A stretch of DNA of 45,565 nucleotides from Minisyncoccia bacterium (GTDB lineage: Bacteria > Patescibacteriota > Minisyncoccia > Phycocordibacterales > CALRBL01): contig JBBRPW010000001.1 in the NCBI GenBank assembly GCA_038227435.1, positions 75,632 to 121,196 on the forward strand, in the 5' to 3' direction. This document shows, one piece after another, positions 16,946 through 24,939 of the stretch. Position numbers and translations under genes: made by a program. Under the pieces are notes generated by a model. That model did no database searches. It was not told the DNA's origin and saw only the letters and a program-made list of their open reading frames with translations. The stretch's first letter is position 1; the number at the start of each line of letters is the position of its first letter.

Positions 16946-19846
16946 GTGGAACAGCGTTCATCTCAATTAAAATCTCCTCAAGAAAATAATTTGAAAGGAG
17001 AAGTAAAACTTTTTAAAAATCCTGAAGAGGAGTTGGCTTATTTACGCGCGCAAGTTGCAAAACAAGAGGAGCTTTTAATTGAGAGAGCCGAAAAAAAAGG
17101 AGAGACTCCCCATATCGATAGGGAAGAGCTTATTATGAATGAGCTCAAAAATTATGTAAAAAAACTTCCTGAAGAAACGCTTGAAAAAGGATATCGAATG
17201 ATTGAGCCGCATCAGCAAGCAATCGTTTTAGATTTACCTCCTGAATCTCATGATGAAAACATGAGTGAACTGATTGGAATGATCGAAGAGAAAGGAATTT
17301 ACAATACACTTTCAATCGTGGGACGAATGAATAATCCTCACATCGAAGACGATTTCCATAGATTCTTGGTTGGATTTGTAAAGAAGGGTTATCAGGTTAA
17401 TAAGTTAAATTCAAACGAAACTCTCTCTCACGCTCTTCATCACACATTGTTTGAGGTTAACTTACCTCAAGAGAAAAAAGCCGAAAAAGAAAAAACTCTT
17501 AAAGAATTGCTTTCAAAAATGGAGCAGTTTTATGCCGGAATGCTTACAATTTCTGGTGAAAAAAATATCGGTGACTCTATTAGTATTGAGCTCGCTGTTT
17601 CTGATAACAGTCAGGAATTTATTTTCTATATTTCAGTTCCAGATACCAAGGCTAGTTTGTTTGAAAAACAAATTCTTTCTATATTTCCTAATGCAAAAAT
17701 ATATGAACGAAAAGAGGATTATAATATTTTCAATGCAGAAGGAGTAACCGCAGCATCAGTGGCAACATTTAATAATCGCCCTATATATCCTCTAAAAACA
17801 TACGAACAGTTTGATTACGATCCACTTAACGTAATACTAAACGGTTTTTCGAAGCTTCAAGAGGTAGGGGAAGGTGCCTCACTTCAAATTGTTTTTAATG
17901 CATCGGGCACTACTTACTCAACACCTTTTAGTAAAGCCCTCGAAGAGTTGCAAAAAGGTAAAAAAGCAAAAGATGTTACAGATATTTCATTTACTTTTGG
18001 AGAAACACTTAAAAAAGAATTAAAAACTGCAGGAAAAGACTTCATTAAGGATATGTTTGCTGGAGCTAAATCTGATAAAGAAAAAGAGAAGGAAGCAAGC
18101 AAGAAAGCAGAAGATAAGAGAGTAGATGATATTGCAGTAGAACAAGTTAAACACAAAATCGCATCGCCGATTGTCGCTGCTAATATTCGTCTTGTTGCAT
18201 CTGCTCAAAACCGCTCACGAGCAGAAGACATTATTACCGACCTCGAGGCATCATTTAGCCAGTATCAAAATACAACAGGAAATTCTATTTTATTTAAGCG
18301 GGTGAAAGATAATGAGATCGGTTCGTTCGTTCGTGATTTTAGTTTTAGAATGTTTAACGATACTCAAACACTTCCGCTTAATTTAAAGGAACTCACTTCG
18401 ATTATGCACTTCCCAGAGGGAAGTATTGTGGACACTGGCCAACTAAAACAAAGTAAAGCAGGAACTGCGCCAGCACCATTAGACATTCCACAAACTGGTG
18501 TGTATTTAGGTATGAATAAGCATCGAAATGTTGAGAAAAAGATTTTTATGTCTTCTGAGGATCGTTTAAGACACTTCTATATTGTAGGACAGACAGGAAC
18601 TGGAAAATCGGTTTTTTTGAAGAATATGATTATTCAGGATATTAAAAATGGTGATGGTGTTTGTTTTATCGACCCACACGGCTCAGACGTGCTCGATATT
18701 TTAAGCCATGTTCCACCTGAAAGATATGACGATGTTATTTATTTTGACCCTAGCCAAACTGAACGTCCTATGGCTATGAACATGCTTGAGTACGATATCG
18801 ATCAACCTCAACAAAAAACATTCGTTGTGAATGAATTGTTTTCAATTTTCGATAAATTATTTGATATGAAAACATCCGGAGGGCCAATGTTTGAACAATA
18901 TTTTAGAAATGCTACCATGCTTGTTTTGGAAGATCCTGAATCAGGTTGCACATTGCTCGACGTGTCTCGTGTGCTCGCTAATAAAACATATCGAGAGCTG
19001 AAACTTTCAAAGTGTAAAAATCCTATCGTTCTACAATTTTGGAGAGAGATTGCGGATAAAGCAGGAGGGGAGTCGTCGCTTGCAAATATTGTGCCCTATA
19101 TTACAAGTAAGTTCGATGTATTTTTAGCAAACGACGTAATGCGCCCACTTGTTGCTCAAGAAAAATCATCATTCAACTTCCGTGATGTGATGGATAATAA
19201 AAAAATTCTTCTCGTAAATCTTTCAAAAGGAAAGTTGGGTGACATTAATGCAAGCTTGATCGGTCTAATTTTAGTAGGAAAAATTTTGATGGCCGCTCTC
19301 TCACGAGTAGATTTAGTGGGAACAAATTTAAATCCTTTCTATTTATATATTGATGAGTTCCAAAACGTAACAACAAATTCTATTTCCGTTATTCTTTCTG
19401 AAGCTCGAAAATATAAATTATCACTTCATATTGCACATCAATTTATTGCACAACTTAAGGATGAAATTAAGGATGCGGTGTTTGGAAACGTGGGATCGAT
19501 GATTTCGTACCGAGTAGGAGCAGAAGATGCTGAATTTTTGGAAAAACAATTTGGCCCAACGTTCACAGCACACGATATTATGAATCTCGATAACCTAAAT
19601 GCATATGCAAGACTTTTGATTGGAGGAAAACCAGCGCGCCCATTTAACATTGCAGTGCCATTTCCACCAACTGTAAGTAAAGATAATGTCGAAGCCCTTA
19701 AACAGCTGTCGTTCCTAAAATATGGCCGAAATAAAGACGAAATTGCCGAAATTATTGCTGAGAAATATAAAAAAGAAGCTCCAAAACCACTTCCTCCACT
19801 CGATTCTCCATTAAAGCGAGCTCTTGATCCATTCGCTAAGATTTAA
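16946..19846 (+). CDS. Large soluble protein: uncharacterised N-terminal region of about 540 aa plus a C-terminal T4SS-type (VirD4/TraG/VirB4-like, FtsK-HerA superfamily) P-loop ATPase
   Basis: Walker A GQTGTGKS (about 18588-18611), Walker B FYLYIDEFQN (about 19336-19365), LSEARKYKLSLHIAHQFIAQL. The track start at 16796 overlaps map and reads as non-coding. The first plausible in-frame starts are GTG 16946, TTG 16991 and ATG 17137, so the start is uncertain. Confidence 0.8.
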   Translation: MEQRSSQLKSPQENNLKGEVKLFKNPEEELAYLRAQVAKQEELLIERAEKKGETPHIDREELIMNELKNYVKKLPEETLEKGYRMIEPHQQAIVLDLPPESHDENMSELIGMIEEKGIYNTLSIVGRMNNPHIEDDFHRFLVGFVKKGYQVNKLNSNETLSHALHHTLFEVNLPQEKKAEKEKTLKELLSKMEQFYAGMLTISGEKNIGDSISIELAVSDNSQEFIFYISVPDTKASLFEKQILSIFPNAKIYERKEDYNIFNAEGVTAASVATFNNRPIYPLKTYEQFDYDPLNVILNGFSKLQEVGEGASLQIVFNASGTTYSTPFSKALEELQKGKKAKDVTDISFTFGETLKKELKTAGKDFIKDMFAGAKSDKEKEKEASKKAEDKRVDDIAVEQVKHKIASPIVAANIRLVASAQNRSRAEDIITDLEASFSQYQNTTGNSILFKRVKDNEIGSFVRDFSFRMFNDTQTLPLNLKELTSIMHFPEGSIVDTGQLKQSKAGTAPAPLDIPQTGVYLGMNKHRNVEKKIFMSSEDRLRHFYIVGQTGTGKSVFLKNMIIQDIKNGDGVCFIDPHGSDVLDILSHVPPERYDDVIYFDPSQTERPMAMNMLEYDIDQPQQKTFVVNELFSIFDKLFDMKTSGGPMFEQYFRNATMLVLEDPESGCTLLDVSRVLANKTYRELKLSKCKNPIVLQFWREIADKAGGESSLANIVPYITSKFDVFLANDVMRPLVAQEKSSFNFRDVMDNKKILLVNLSKGKLGDINASLIGLILVGKILMAALSRVDLVGTNLNPFYLYIDEFQNVTTNSISVILSEARKYKLSLHIAHQFIAQLKDEIKDAVFGNVGSMISYRVGAEDAEFLEKQFGPTFTAHDIMNLDNLNAYARLLIGGKPARPFNIAVPFPPTVSKDNVEALKQLSFLKYGRNKDEIAEIIAEKYKKEAPKPLPPLDSPLKRALDPFAKI

Positions 19847-19886
19847 AAAGTAACATCGTATAGTCCAATGGTTATTTTATGTTCAC

Positions 19887-19895
19887 TGGTATAAT
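19887..19895 (+). promoter_or_regulatory. Extended -10 promoter element (TGG-TATAAT) upstream of ndk
   Basis: TG at 19887-19888 and TATAAT at 19890-19895, 49 nt before the ndk ATG. Confidence 0.45.
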
Positions 19896-19944
19896 ATATC
19901 TGTTATATCTTTATCGGTAATTAATCAATATTTCAAGTATCTAT

Positions 19945-20568
19945 ATGAATGATCACTCTAAAAAACATCATAAATACGAACAGACACTTGCGGTAATTAA
20001 GCCAGACGGAATTCAGCGCTCACTTATTGGTGAAATGATTAGTCGATTTGAACGTGTCGGGCTTAAATTAGTTGCTCTTAAAATGTTTACTCCGTCAAAA
20101 ACTTTTATTGAGCAGCATTACACGATTGACCCAGCGTGGCATGAAATTACGGGAGGAAAAGCATTGGATCAAATTCGAAAAAGAGGGGAGGATCCTGAAC
20201 AAATATTGACTCCTCGTGCAGTAGCGTCACGAATATTAGAACGACTTCAACATTACATGTCGAGTGGACCTGTAATTGCTATGGTTTGGCAAGGAGCGCA
20301 TGCAGTTAAGTTAATACGAAAATTAATTGGAGGTACTGAACCGCTGTCATCTGATGTTGGAACAATTCGTGGAGATTATGTCCTCGATTCATATGAATTA
20401 ACCGAAAGGGATGATAGAGCCATTCGAAATTTGATTCATGCATCAGGAAGTGTGGAAGAAGCAGATAATGAAATAAAATTGTGGTTTAAAAATGAAGAAA
20501 TTTTATCCTATAAACTGGCTCAAGAAGTGATTTTATACGATGTTAATCTTGACGGCCTAAAAGAATAA
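19945..20568 (+). CDS. ndk: Nucleoside-diphosphate kinase, long form (207 aa)
   Basis: LAVIKPDG...SGPVIAMVW...NLIHASGS (catalytic His), with internal insertions relative to Ndk of about 140 aa. Confidence 0.9.
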   Translation: MNDHSKKHHKYEQTLAVIKPDGIQRSLIGEMISRFERVGLKLVALKMFTPSKTFIEQHYTIDPAWHEITGGKALDQIRKRGEDPEQILTPRAVASRILERLQHYMSSGPVIAMVWQGAHAVKLIRKLIGGTEPLSSDVGTIRGDYVLDSYELTERDDRAIRNLIHASGSVEEADNEIKLWFKNEEILSYKLAQEVILYDVNLDGLKE

Positions 20569-20599
20569 GGTCATAAGAAAATTTATTGTGTAAAAAGGG

Positions 20600-20626
20600 T
20601 TGCCAAATTTTTCTGAAGCGTATAAT
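20600..20626 (+). promoter_or_regulatory. Candidate promoter (TTGCCA-N15-TATAAT) for the downstream structured RNA
   Basis: TTGCCA at 20600-20605 and a perfect TATAAT at 20621-20626. The 15-nt spacer is short. Confidence 0.4.
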
Positions 20627-20632
20627 GGTGGA

Positions 20633-20823
20633 AGGGTCGTTCACGTAACACTTTATCTAAATTTTTAAGTTCAGGGAGCTCGCGTCCTATTGCACCTTGG
20701 TGTAGTGGGTAGGGCACCCACCTAGTTCACTCTAGGGATGTTACTGGATGATCCTAATAAGAAGCCAATCTATAGGCGTTTAATGCAGAAAGTTGTGTTA
20801 AAGCGTTTAAAGATTGGCTTTTT
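20633..20823 (+). ncRNA. Candidate structured small RNA or cis-regulatory leader of about 190 nt, family not recognised
   Basis: No ORF of 60 aa or more on either strand. Bounded by a TATAAT promoter and a 10-bp stem (AAGCCAATCT 20762-20771 / AGATTGGCTT 20811-20820) followed by a T-run. Internal hairpins at 20696-20725 and 20733-20756. Confidence 0.4.
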
Positions 20824-20943
20824 ACTTTCTCTTTATTTTTAGGGCTATTTATGGCATAATCGTAAGCCGTTGTTCTTTGAGGCTTGTATGGCTCTAAAAA
20901 CAGGCTTTTCACTAAACCTAAACTAAAGTTTCTCCCCGAAACT

Positions 20944-21483
20944 ATGTTGCGTAATATAGCACTTCACTTTGACGAATGGTGGTGGCAACATCGTCATTCC
21001 TCAGTCAGTCAATTCTTCAGGCGCAAGAAAATGCGTCCGTTGTGTAGGCTTATTCGCCGACTGATGCGTATCGACAAACATTCACAAGATGCCATTGTCA
21101 ACCAAGTTGTTGAAGAAATGTTTCAACTAAGACAGCTACTTATACTAGCTTCTCAGATTGGAAATACCACTTCATGCATCAAAGCACTAATGCTTCGTGG
21201 TCACGATGTGGTGTGCGGAATCTCAGTTCGTTATGAAATTGGATACATTAGTGTAACCGTAACCAGCGACTCATTATTGCTCAATCAAGCAGTGATCAGT
21301 AAATTAGATGACCGCGCAAGAGCTTCAAACATACATATTAATTCGAATCGAATCTTCGTATACACCCAGAACCTCGGTCTATGCGATGTTCTTTCACAAC
21401 ACTGTCCACCTCCTTACTCCTACGCTTTCGTGAGACTAACTCCCGAAGAGCAAAATAGTTTGGGTGGCATGTGCATCCCGTAA
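20944..21483 (+). CDS. Orphan hypothetical protein (179 aa from ATG 20944; track TTG start at 20884)
   Basis: A 199-codon open frame is unlikely by chance. Trp/His/Cys/Arg-rich N-terminus (DEWWWQHRHSS, RRKKMRPLCRLIRRLMR), predicted beta-rich C-terminal half, no recognised motif. Confidence 0.55.
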   Translation: MLRNIALHFDEWWWQHRHSSVSQFFRRKKMRPLCRLIRRLMRIDKHSQDAIVNQVVEEMFQLRQLLILASQIGNTTSCIKALMLRGHDVVCGISVRYEIGYISVTVTSDSLLLNQAVISKLDDRARASNIHINSNRIFVYTQNLGLCDVLSQHCPPPYSYAFVRLTPEEQNSLGGMCIP

Positions 21484-21491
21484 TCTCACCA

Positions 21492-21529
21492 ACTGTCATT
21501 GTGGTTCTATCCCACTTGGCAGTTTTTTT
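21492..21529 (+). terminator. Intrinsic terminator after the orphan ORF
   Basis: ACTGTC/GGCAGT and GTGG/CCAC two-tier hairpin (21492-21523) followed by T7. Confidence 0.6.
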
Positions 21530-21579
21530 ATTTCTAAAAATAATTTTAAATTATTCTTTTAGTACGATACAATGTATTA

Positions 21580-22965
21580 ATGGTTAAACAACTGAAACTT
21601 ACTTTTTGTGGAGGGGCAAGCACAGTAACGGGCGCAAATTTTTTACTTGAAAGTGAAACTACTCGAATTTTAATTGATTGCGGACTTGAACAAGGAGGAA
21701 AGGCTGCTGAAATGAAAAATCACAAAGATTTTTCATTCGATCCAACTACTATTGATTTTTTATTAATCACTCATGCACATCTTGATCACATTGGACGAAT
21801 TCCTCTGTTGGTAAAAAAAGGATTTAAAGGAGTTATTTATTCAACTGCTGAAACTAAAGAATTAGCACTACCCATGCTCGAGGACAGTGTTAAATTACTT
21901 GGCCAGGAAGCGGCAAGAGACGGCTTAAATGCTATATATAATGAGCATGACGTAGGTAACTGTTTTATTCATTGGCAAACTATCCCTTACAGGTCTAAAT
22001 TTAATTTGAACGATGAATTCTCAGTACTTTTAAAAGATGCAGGCCACGTACTTGGCTCATGTATGTATGAAATCTCATATAATAATAAAAAGATTGTGTT
22101 TACGGGCGATTTAGGAAATACTCCAACACCACTATTGCGAAACACCGAAGACATTACCGATGCAAATTACTTAGTGATGGAAAGTGTGTATGGCGACAGA
22201 AATCATGAACCAATTGAAGAGCGACGAAACAAATTAGAAGATGTAATTGAAGAAACAATTCGTCTAAAAGGAGTCTTAATGATTCCATGTTTTTCACTTG
22301 AGAAAACACAAGTAATTATTTTCGAACTAAGTAGGTTGATTGAAGAGGGAAGAGTACAAATGCTTCCCGTATTTATCGATTCACCACTTGCAATTAAAGT
22401 AACCGACATTTATAGAAAACACTTCAATGACTTTAACGAAGGTGCACAAAGAGTGATGGGAGGACACAGCCCCGCAACTCGAATTCATGATCTATTTGAT
22501 TTTAAAGGGATCAAATATACTTCAACAGTTGAAGAATCAAAGGCAATTAAATTTGCACCTAGCCCAAAAATTATTATTGCAGGATCCGGAATGTCGAATG
22601 GTGGCCGAATTACACACCACGAGCTTAATTATATGGGTGATTCGAAGAATACTTTATTATTAATTGGGTATCAGTCTGCCGGCACAATTGGCCGTCAAAT
22701 TTCTGAAGGATTAAAAACACTTACAATGTATGGTCAAACGGTTCAAATTAGAGCTCGAATTGTTTCAATCGATGGATATTCGTCTCATAAAGATTCTGAT
22801 CATTTACTTGAATTTGCAGAAAATAGTATCGACACACTTGAAAAAGTTTTTGTGGTAATGGGAGAGCCGAAGTCATCATCATTTTTGGCACAGCGAATGC
22901 GAGATTATTTAGGAATCAATGCATTTCATCCTGACGAGGGGACGAGTGTTGTGTTAGATTTTTAA
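21580..22965 (+). CDS. MBL-fold beta-CASP family nuclease (CPSF/RNase J-like RNA-metabolising metallo-beta-lactamase)
   Basis: ITHAHLDHIG (HxHxDH), FTGDLG, beta-CASP region, and the C-terminal GYSSHKD motif. Confidence 0.85.
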   Translation: MVKQLKLTFCGGASTVTGANFLLESETTRILIDCGLEQGGKAAEMKNHKDFSFDPTTIDFLLITHAHLDHIGRIPLLVKKGFKGVIYSTAETKELALPMLEDSVKLLGQEAARDGLNAIYNEHDVGNCFIHWQTIPYRSKFNLNDEFSVLLKDAGHVLGSCMYEISYNNKKIVFTGDLGNTPTPLLRNTEDITDANYLVMESVYGDRNHEPIEERRNKLEDVIEETIRLKGVLMIPCFSLEKTQVIIFELSRLIEEGRVQMLPVFIDSPLAIKVTDIYRKHFNDFNEGAQRVMGGHSPATRIHDLFDFKGIKYTSTVEESKAIKFAPSPKIIIAGSGMSNGGRITHHELNYMGDSKNTLLLIGYQSAGTIGRQISEGLKTLTMYGQTVQIRARIVSIDGYSSHKDSDHLLEFAENSIDTLEKVFVVMGEPKSSSFLAQRMRDYLGINAFHPDEGTSVVLDF

Positions 22966-23026
22966 AAATACTTTTCCACAGTAATTTTATTTATTTTAAT
23001 GTATACTATCGTTATAAAAGAGTTCT

Positions 23027-23671
23027 ATGCAAAGTAATTCTCACATACGACATCATAAACAAAATCGAATTAAATTATGCGTTTCGGGCGCAGCTGAAAT
23101 GGGATTTTTAGGTCCTGAGGATTATGAAATTGCAAAAGAATTAGGCCGTGAAATTGTACGCCAGGGCTGTGTTATTACAACCGGTGCAACAACAGGTTTT
23201 CCACTTTGGGCAGCAATGGGTGCAAAAGAAGAAGGTGGAGTGTCCATTGGCCTTTCTCCTGCATCAAGCGAACACGAACACGTTGAAACATATCGTTTAC
23301 CCGTTGATTATCAAGATTTAATTATTTATACCGGTTTTGGTTATACTGGTCGTGACCTACTATTAACTCGTTCGTCTGACGCTGTTTTAATTGGTCCAGG
23401 ACGAATTGGAACTATTCATGAATTTACTGTAGCTTATGAAGATCAAAAACCAATTGGAATTTTACGAGGTGATTGGGAAACAGATAAAGTAATTGAAATG
23501 ATTATCGCAAAGAGTCATCGAGTGAATAATAAAATTATTTTCTCTACTTCTCCAAAAGAATTAGTTTCAAAAATTATTGCAATGGTTCAAGAAGAGGCTA
23601 AGGTTCACAACTATGTACGCTCAAATGGAGCAGATGAGATAGGGGGGACATTAGGAGACAGAATTTTATAA
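23027..23671 (+). CDS. SLOG/LOG-superfamily protein (TIGR00725-like)
   Basis: Rossmann-like VSGAAEMG...ITTGATTG...PGRIGTIHEF pattern typical of the LOG/TIGR00725 family. Confidence 0.7.
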   Translation: MQSNSHIRHHKQNRIKLCVSGAAEMGFLGPEDYEIAKELGREIVRQGCVITTGATTGFPLWAAMGAKEEGGVSIGLSPASSEHEHVETYRLPVDYQDLIIYTGFGYTGRDLLLTRSSDAVLIGPGRIGTIHEFTVAYEDQKPIGILRGDWETDKVIEMIIAKSHRVNNKIIFSTSPKELVSKIIAMVQEEAKVHNYVRSNGADEIGGTLGDRIL

Positions 23672-23767
23672 TCCCTCATCGTCCTCGGTAGATAGGATTT
23701 ATTGATTCAGTATCAAAGTAGCCATCTGCGAATGATTCGGATTATAAAATTCTGTCTAAAAAATAAA

Positions 23768-23785
23768 ATACCCCTTACGGGGCAT
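23768..23785. terminator. Bidirectional intrinsic terminator between convergent genes
   Basis: ATACCCC-TTAC-GGGGCAT hairpin flanked by an A-run (5') and a T-run (3'). It can serve both the SLOG gene (+) and rplT (-). Confidence 0.65.
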
Positions 23786-23811
23786 TTTATTTAAGAGTGA
23801 CTAAATCGAGT

Positions 23812-24156
23812 TTAGCTTACTTGTTTAACAATCGCTTCAAAAGAAGCAGGGGCAGTGTTGGCAAGTTCTGACATGATCTTTCGATCGATAGTGATATTAG
23901 CTTTCTTTAAAGCACCAATGAATTTTGAATATGAAAGGTTGAAGGGAGCAAGAGCAGCTGCAATTCGAGTATTCCACAATTTTCGGAAGTCATTCTTTTT
24001 GTCACGTCGGTGAGCAAACGCATATGTTCCTGCGTGAGAAATAGCCTCGTTTGCAAGAGTTTTCTTTGTTGATCGGCCGAATCGATAACCCTTAACCATT
24101 TTCAAGGTATTTCGTCGTGATTTAAGTGTATTCTTTCCTGTTTTAACTCGTGTCAT
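23812..24156 (-). CDS. rplT: 50S ribosomal protein L20
   Basis: MTRVKTGKNTLKSRRNTLKMVKGYRFGRS N-terminus. Confidence 0.96.
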   Translation of the reverse strand: MTRVKTGKNTLKSRRNTLKMVKGYRFGRSTKKTLANEAISHAGTYAFAHRRDKKNDFRKLWNTRIAAALAPFNLSYSKFIGALKKANITIDRKIMSELANTAPASFEAIVKQVS

Positions 24157-24176
24157 GTTGGTGCTTTATTAATTTA

Positions 24177-24371
24177 TTAAATACTTGATTGAGATAAGAA
24201 TCGTGATTTTGACTTGTTTGTCATTGGGAAGTCAGTTCCTCTTTTCTTTTTAAGTTGAGTTCGACGTCGAGATTCCTTAGCGTTAAAGTGGTTTTGACCA
24301 GCTTTTCGTGCAGTAATCTTTCCGTTTTTACTTACTTTAAGTCGTTTTGAATATGATTTGTTTGTTTTCAT
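24177..24371 (-). CDS. rpmI: 50S ribosomal protein L35
   Basis: MKTNKSYSKRLKVSKNGKI pattern and the infC-rpmI-rplT order. Confidence 0.93.
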   Translation of the reverse strand: MKTNKSYSKRLKVSKNGKITARKAGQNHFNAKESRRRTQLKKKRGTDFPMTNKSKSRFLSQSSI

Positions 24372-24397
24372 AAAATGTTGATTGTTTCTGCTTAAAT

Positions 24398-24904
24398 TTA
24401 AGCTTTTTCGATTACTACCGTCAGGCCTTTAGGACTCTTTTTAGGTTCGTCTGTCATCTTATATTCAGTTGAAATAAGCTTGAGCATTCGATCGAGTCGT
24501 TCTTTTAAGAAGTCAAAATCGAGGTATTTTGAACGGCCGGGGAGGAATAAATCGATTTTAATTCGATGATTCTCTTTGAGCCATTCTGAGGCACGCTTGG
24601 CTTTAAGGGCTAAATCGTGTTCTCCCGTACCAATTTTAATCTGTAGACTCTTGACTTCAACAACATGAGCGCGGGCTTTTGACTCCTTTTGCTTTTTGTT
24701 TTGATCGTATTGGAATTTACCATAATCGGCTATTTTTGCAACGGGTGGCGTGGCTAAAGGAGAAATCTCAATTAAATCCATTCCGGCCTCGTGAGCAAGC
24801 TTTAAAGCCTCAGAAAGGGTAATAACACCAATATTTTCACCCTTCGGACCAATAACGCGAAGTTGAGCAGCTCGTATTTGATGATTGAATCTAACTTGTG
24901 ACAA
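24398..24904 (-). CDS. infC: Translation initiation factor IF-3 (non-AUG start)
   Basis: IRAAQLRVIGPKGENIGV...DLIEISPLATPPVAKIADYGKFQY. The frame opens with TTG (24904-24902). An in-frame ATA lies 4 codons upstream, directly after a TAG. Confidence 0.93.
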   Translation of the reverse strand: MSQVRFNHQIRAAQLRVIGPKGENIGVITLSEALKLAHEAGMDLIEISPLATPPVAKIADYGKFQYDQNKKQKESKARAHVVEVKSLQIKIGTGEHDLALKAKRASEWLKENHRIKIDLFLPGRSKYLDFDFLKERLDRMLKLISTEYKMTDEPKKSPKGLTVVIEKA

Positions 24905-24939
24905 TGTGGAATGTATCTAAATTAATAAAATAGAGTTGT

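Noticed and set aside
20692-20760. tRNA-like D-arm sequence (GTGTAGTGGGTAGGGCAC) suggesting a tRNA or tmRNA.
   Set aside because: No 7-nt anticodon loop can be drawn; the best stem leaves a 6-nt loop. There is no GTTCRANYC T-loop, no acceptor stem pairing and no alanine-type tmRNA end. The tag-like ORF does not end in a typical ssrA tag.
20633-20823. Known RNA families for the candidate RNA: SRP/4.5S, T-box, TPP, ZTP and hammerhead.
   Set aside because: Short resemblances only: GGGATGTTACTGG versus the 4.5S 3' strand, GGGTAGGGCACCC versus the T-box core, GGGTCGT versus ZTP. The defining conserved cores are absent, namely GGAAGCAGC with its GNRA loop, AGGGUGGNACCGCG, CCGCCUGGGC and CUGAUGA...GAAA. 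It needs Infernal to settle.
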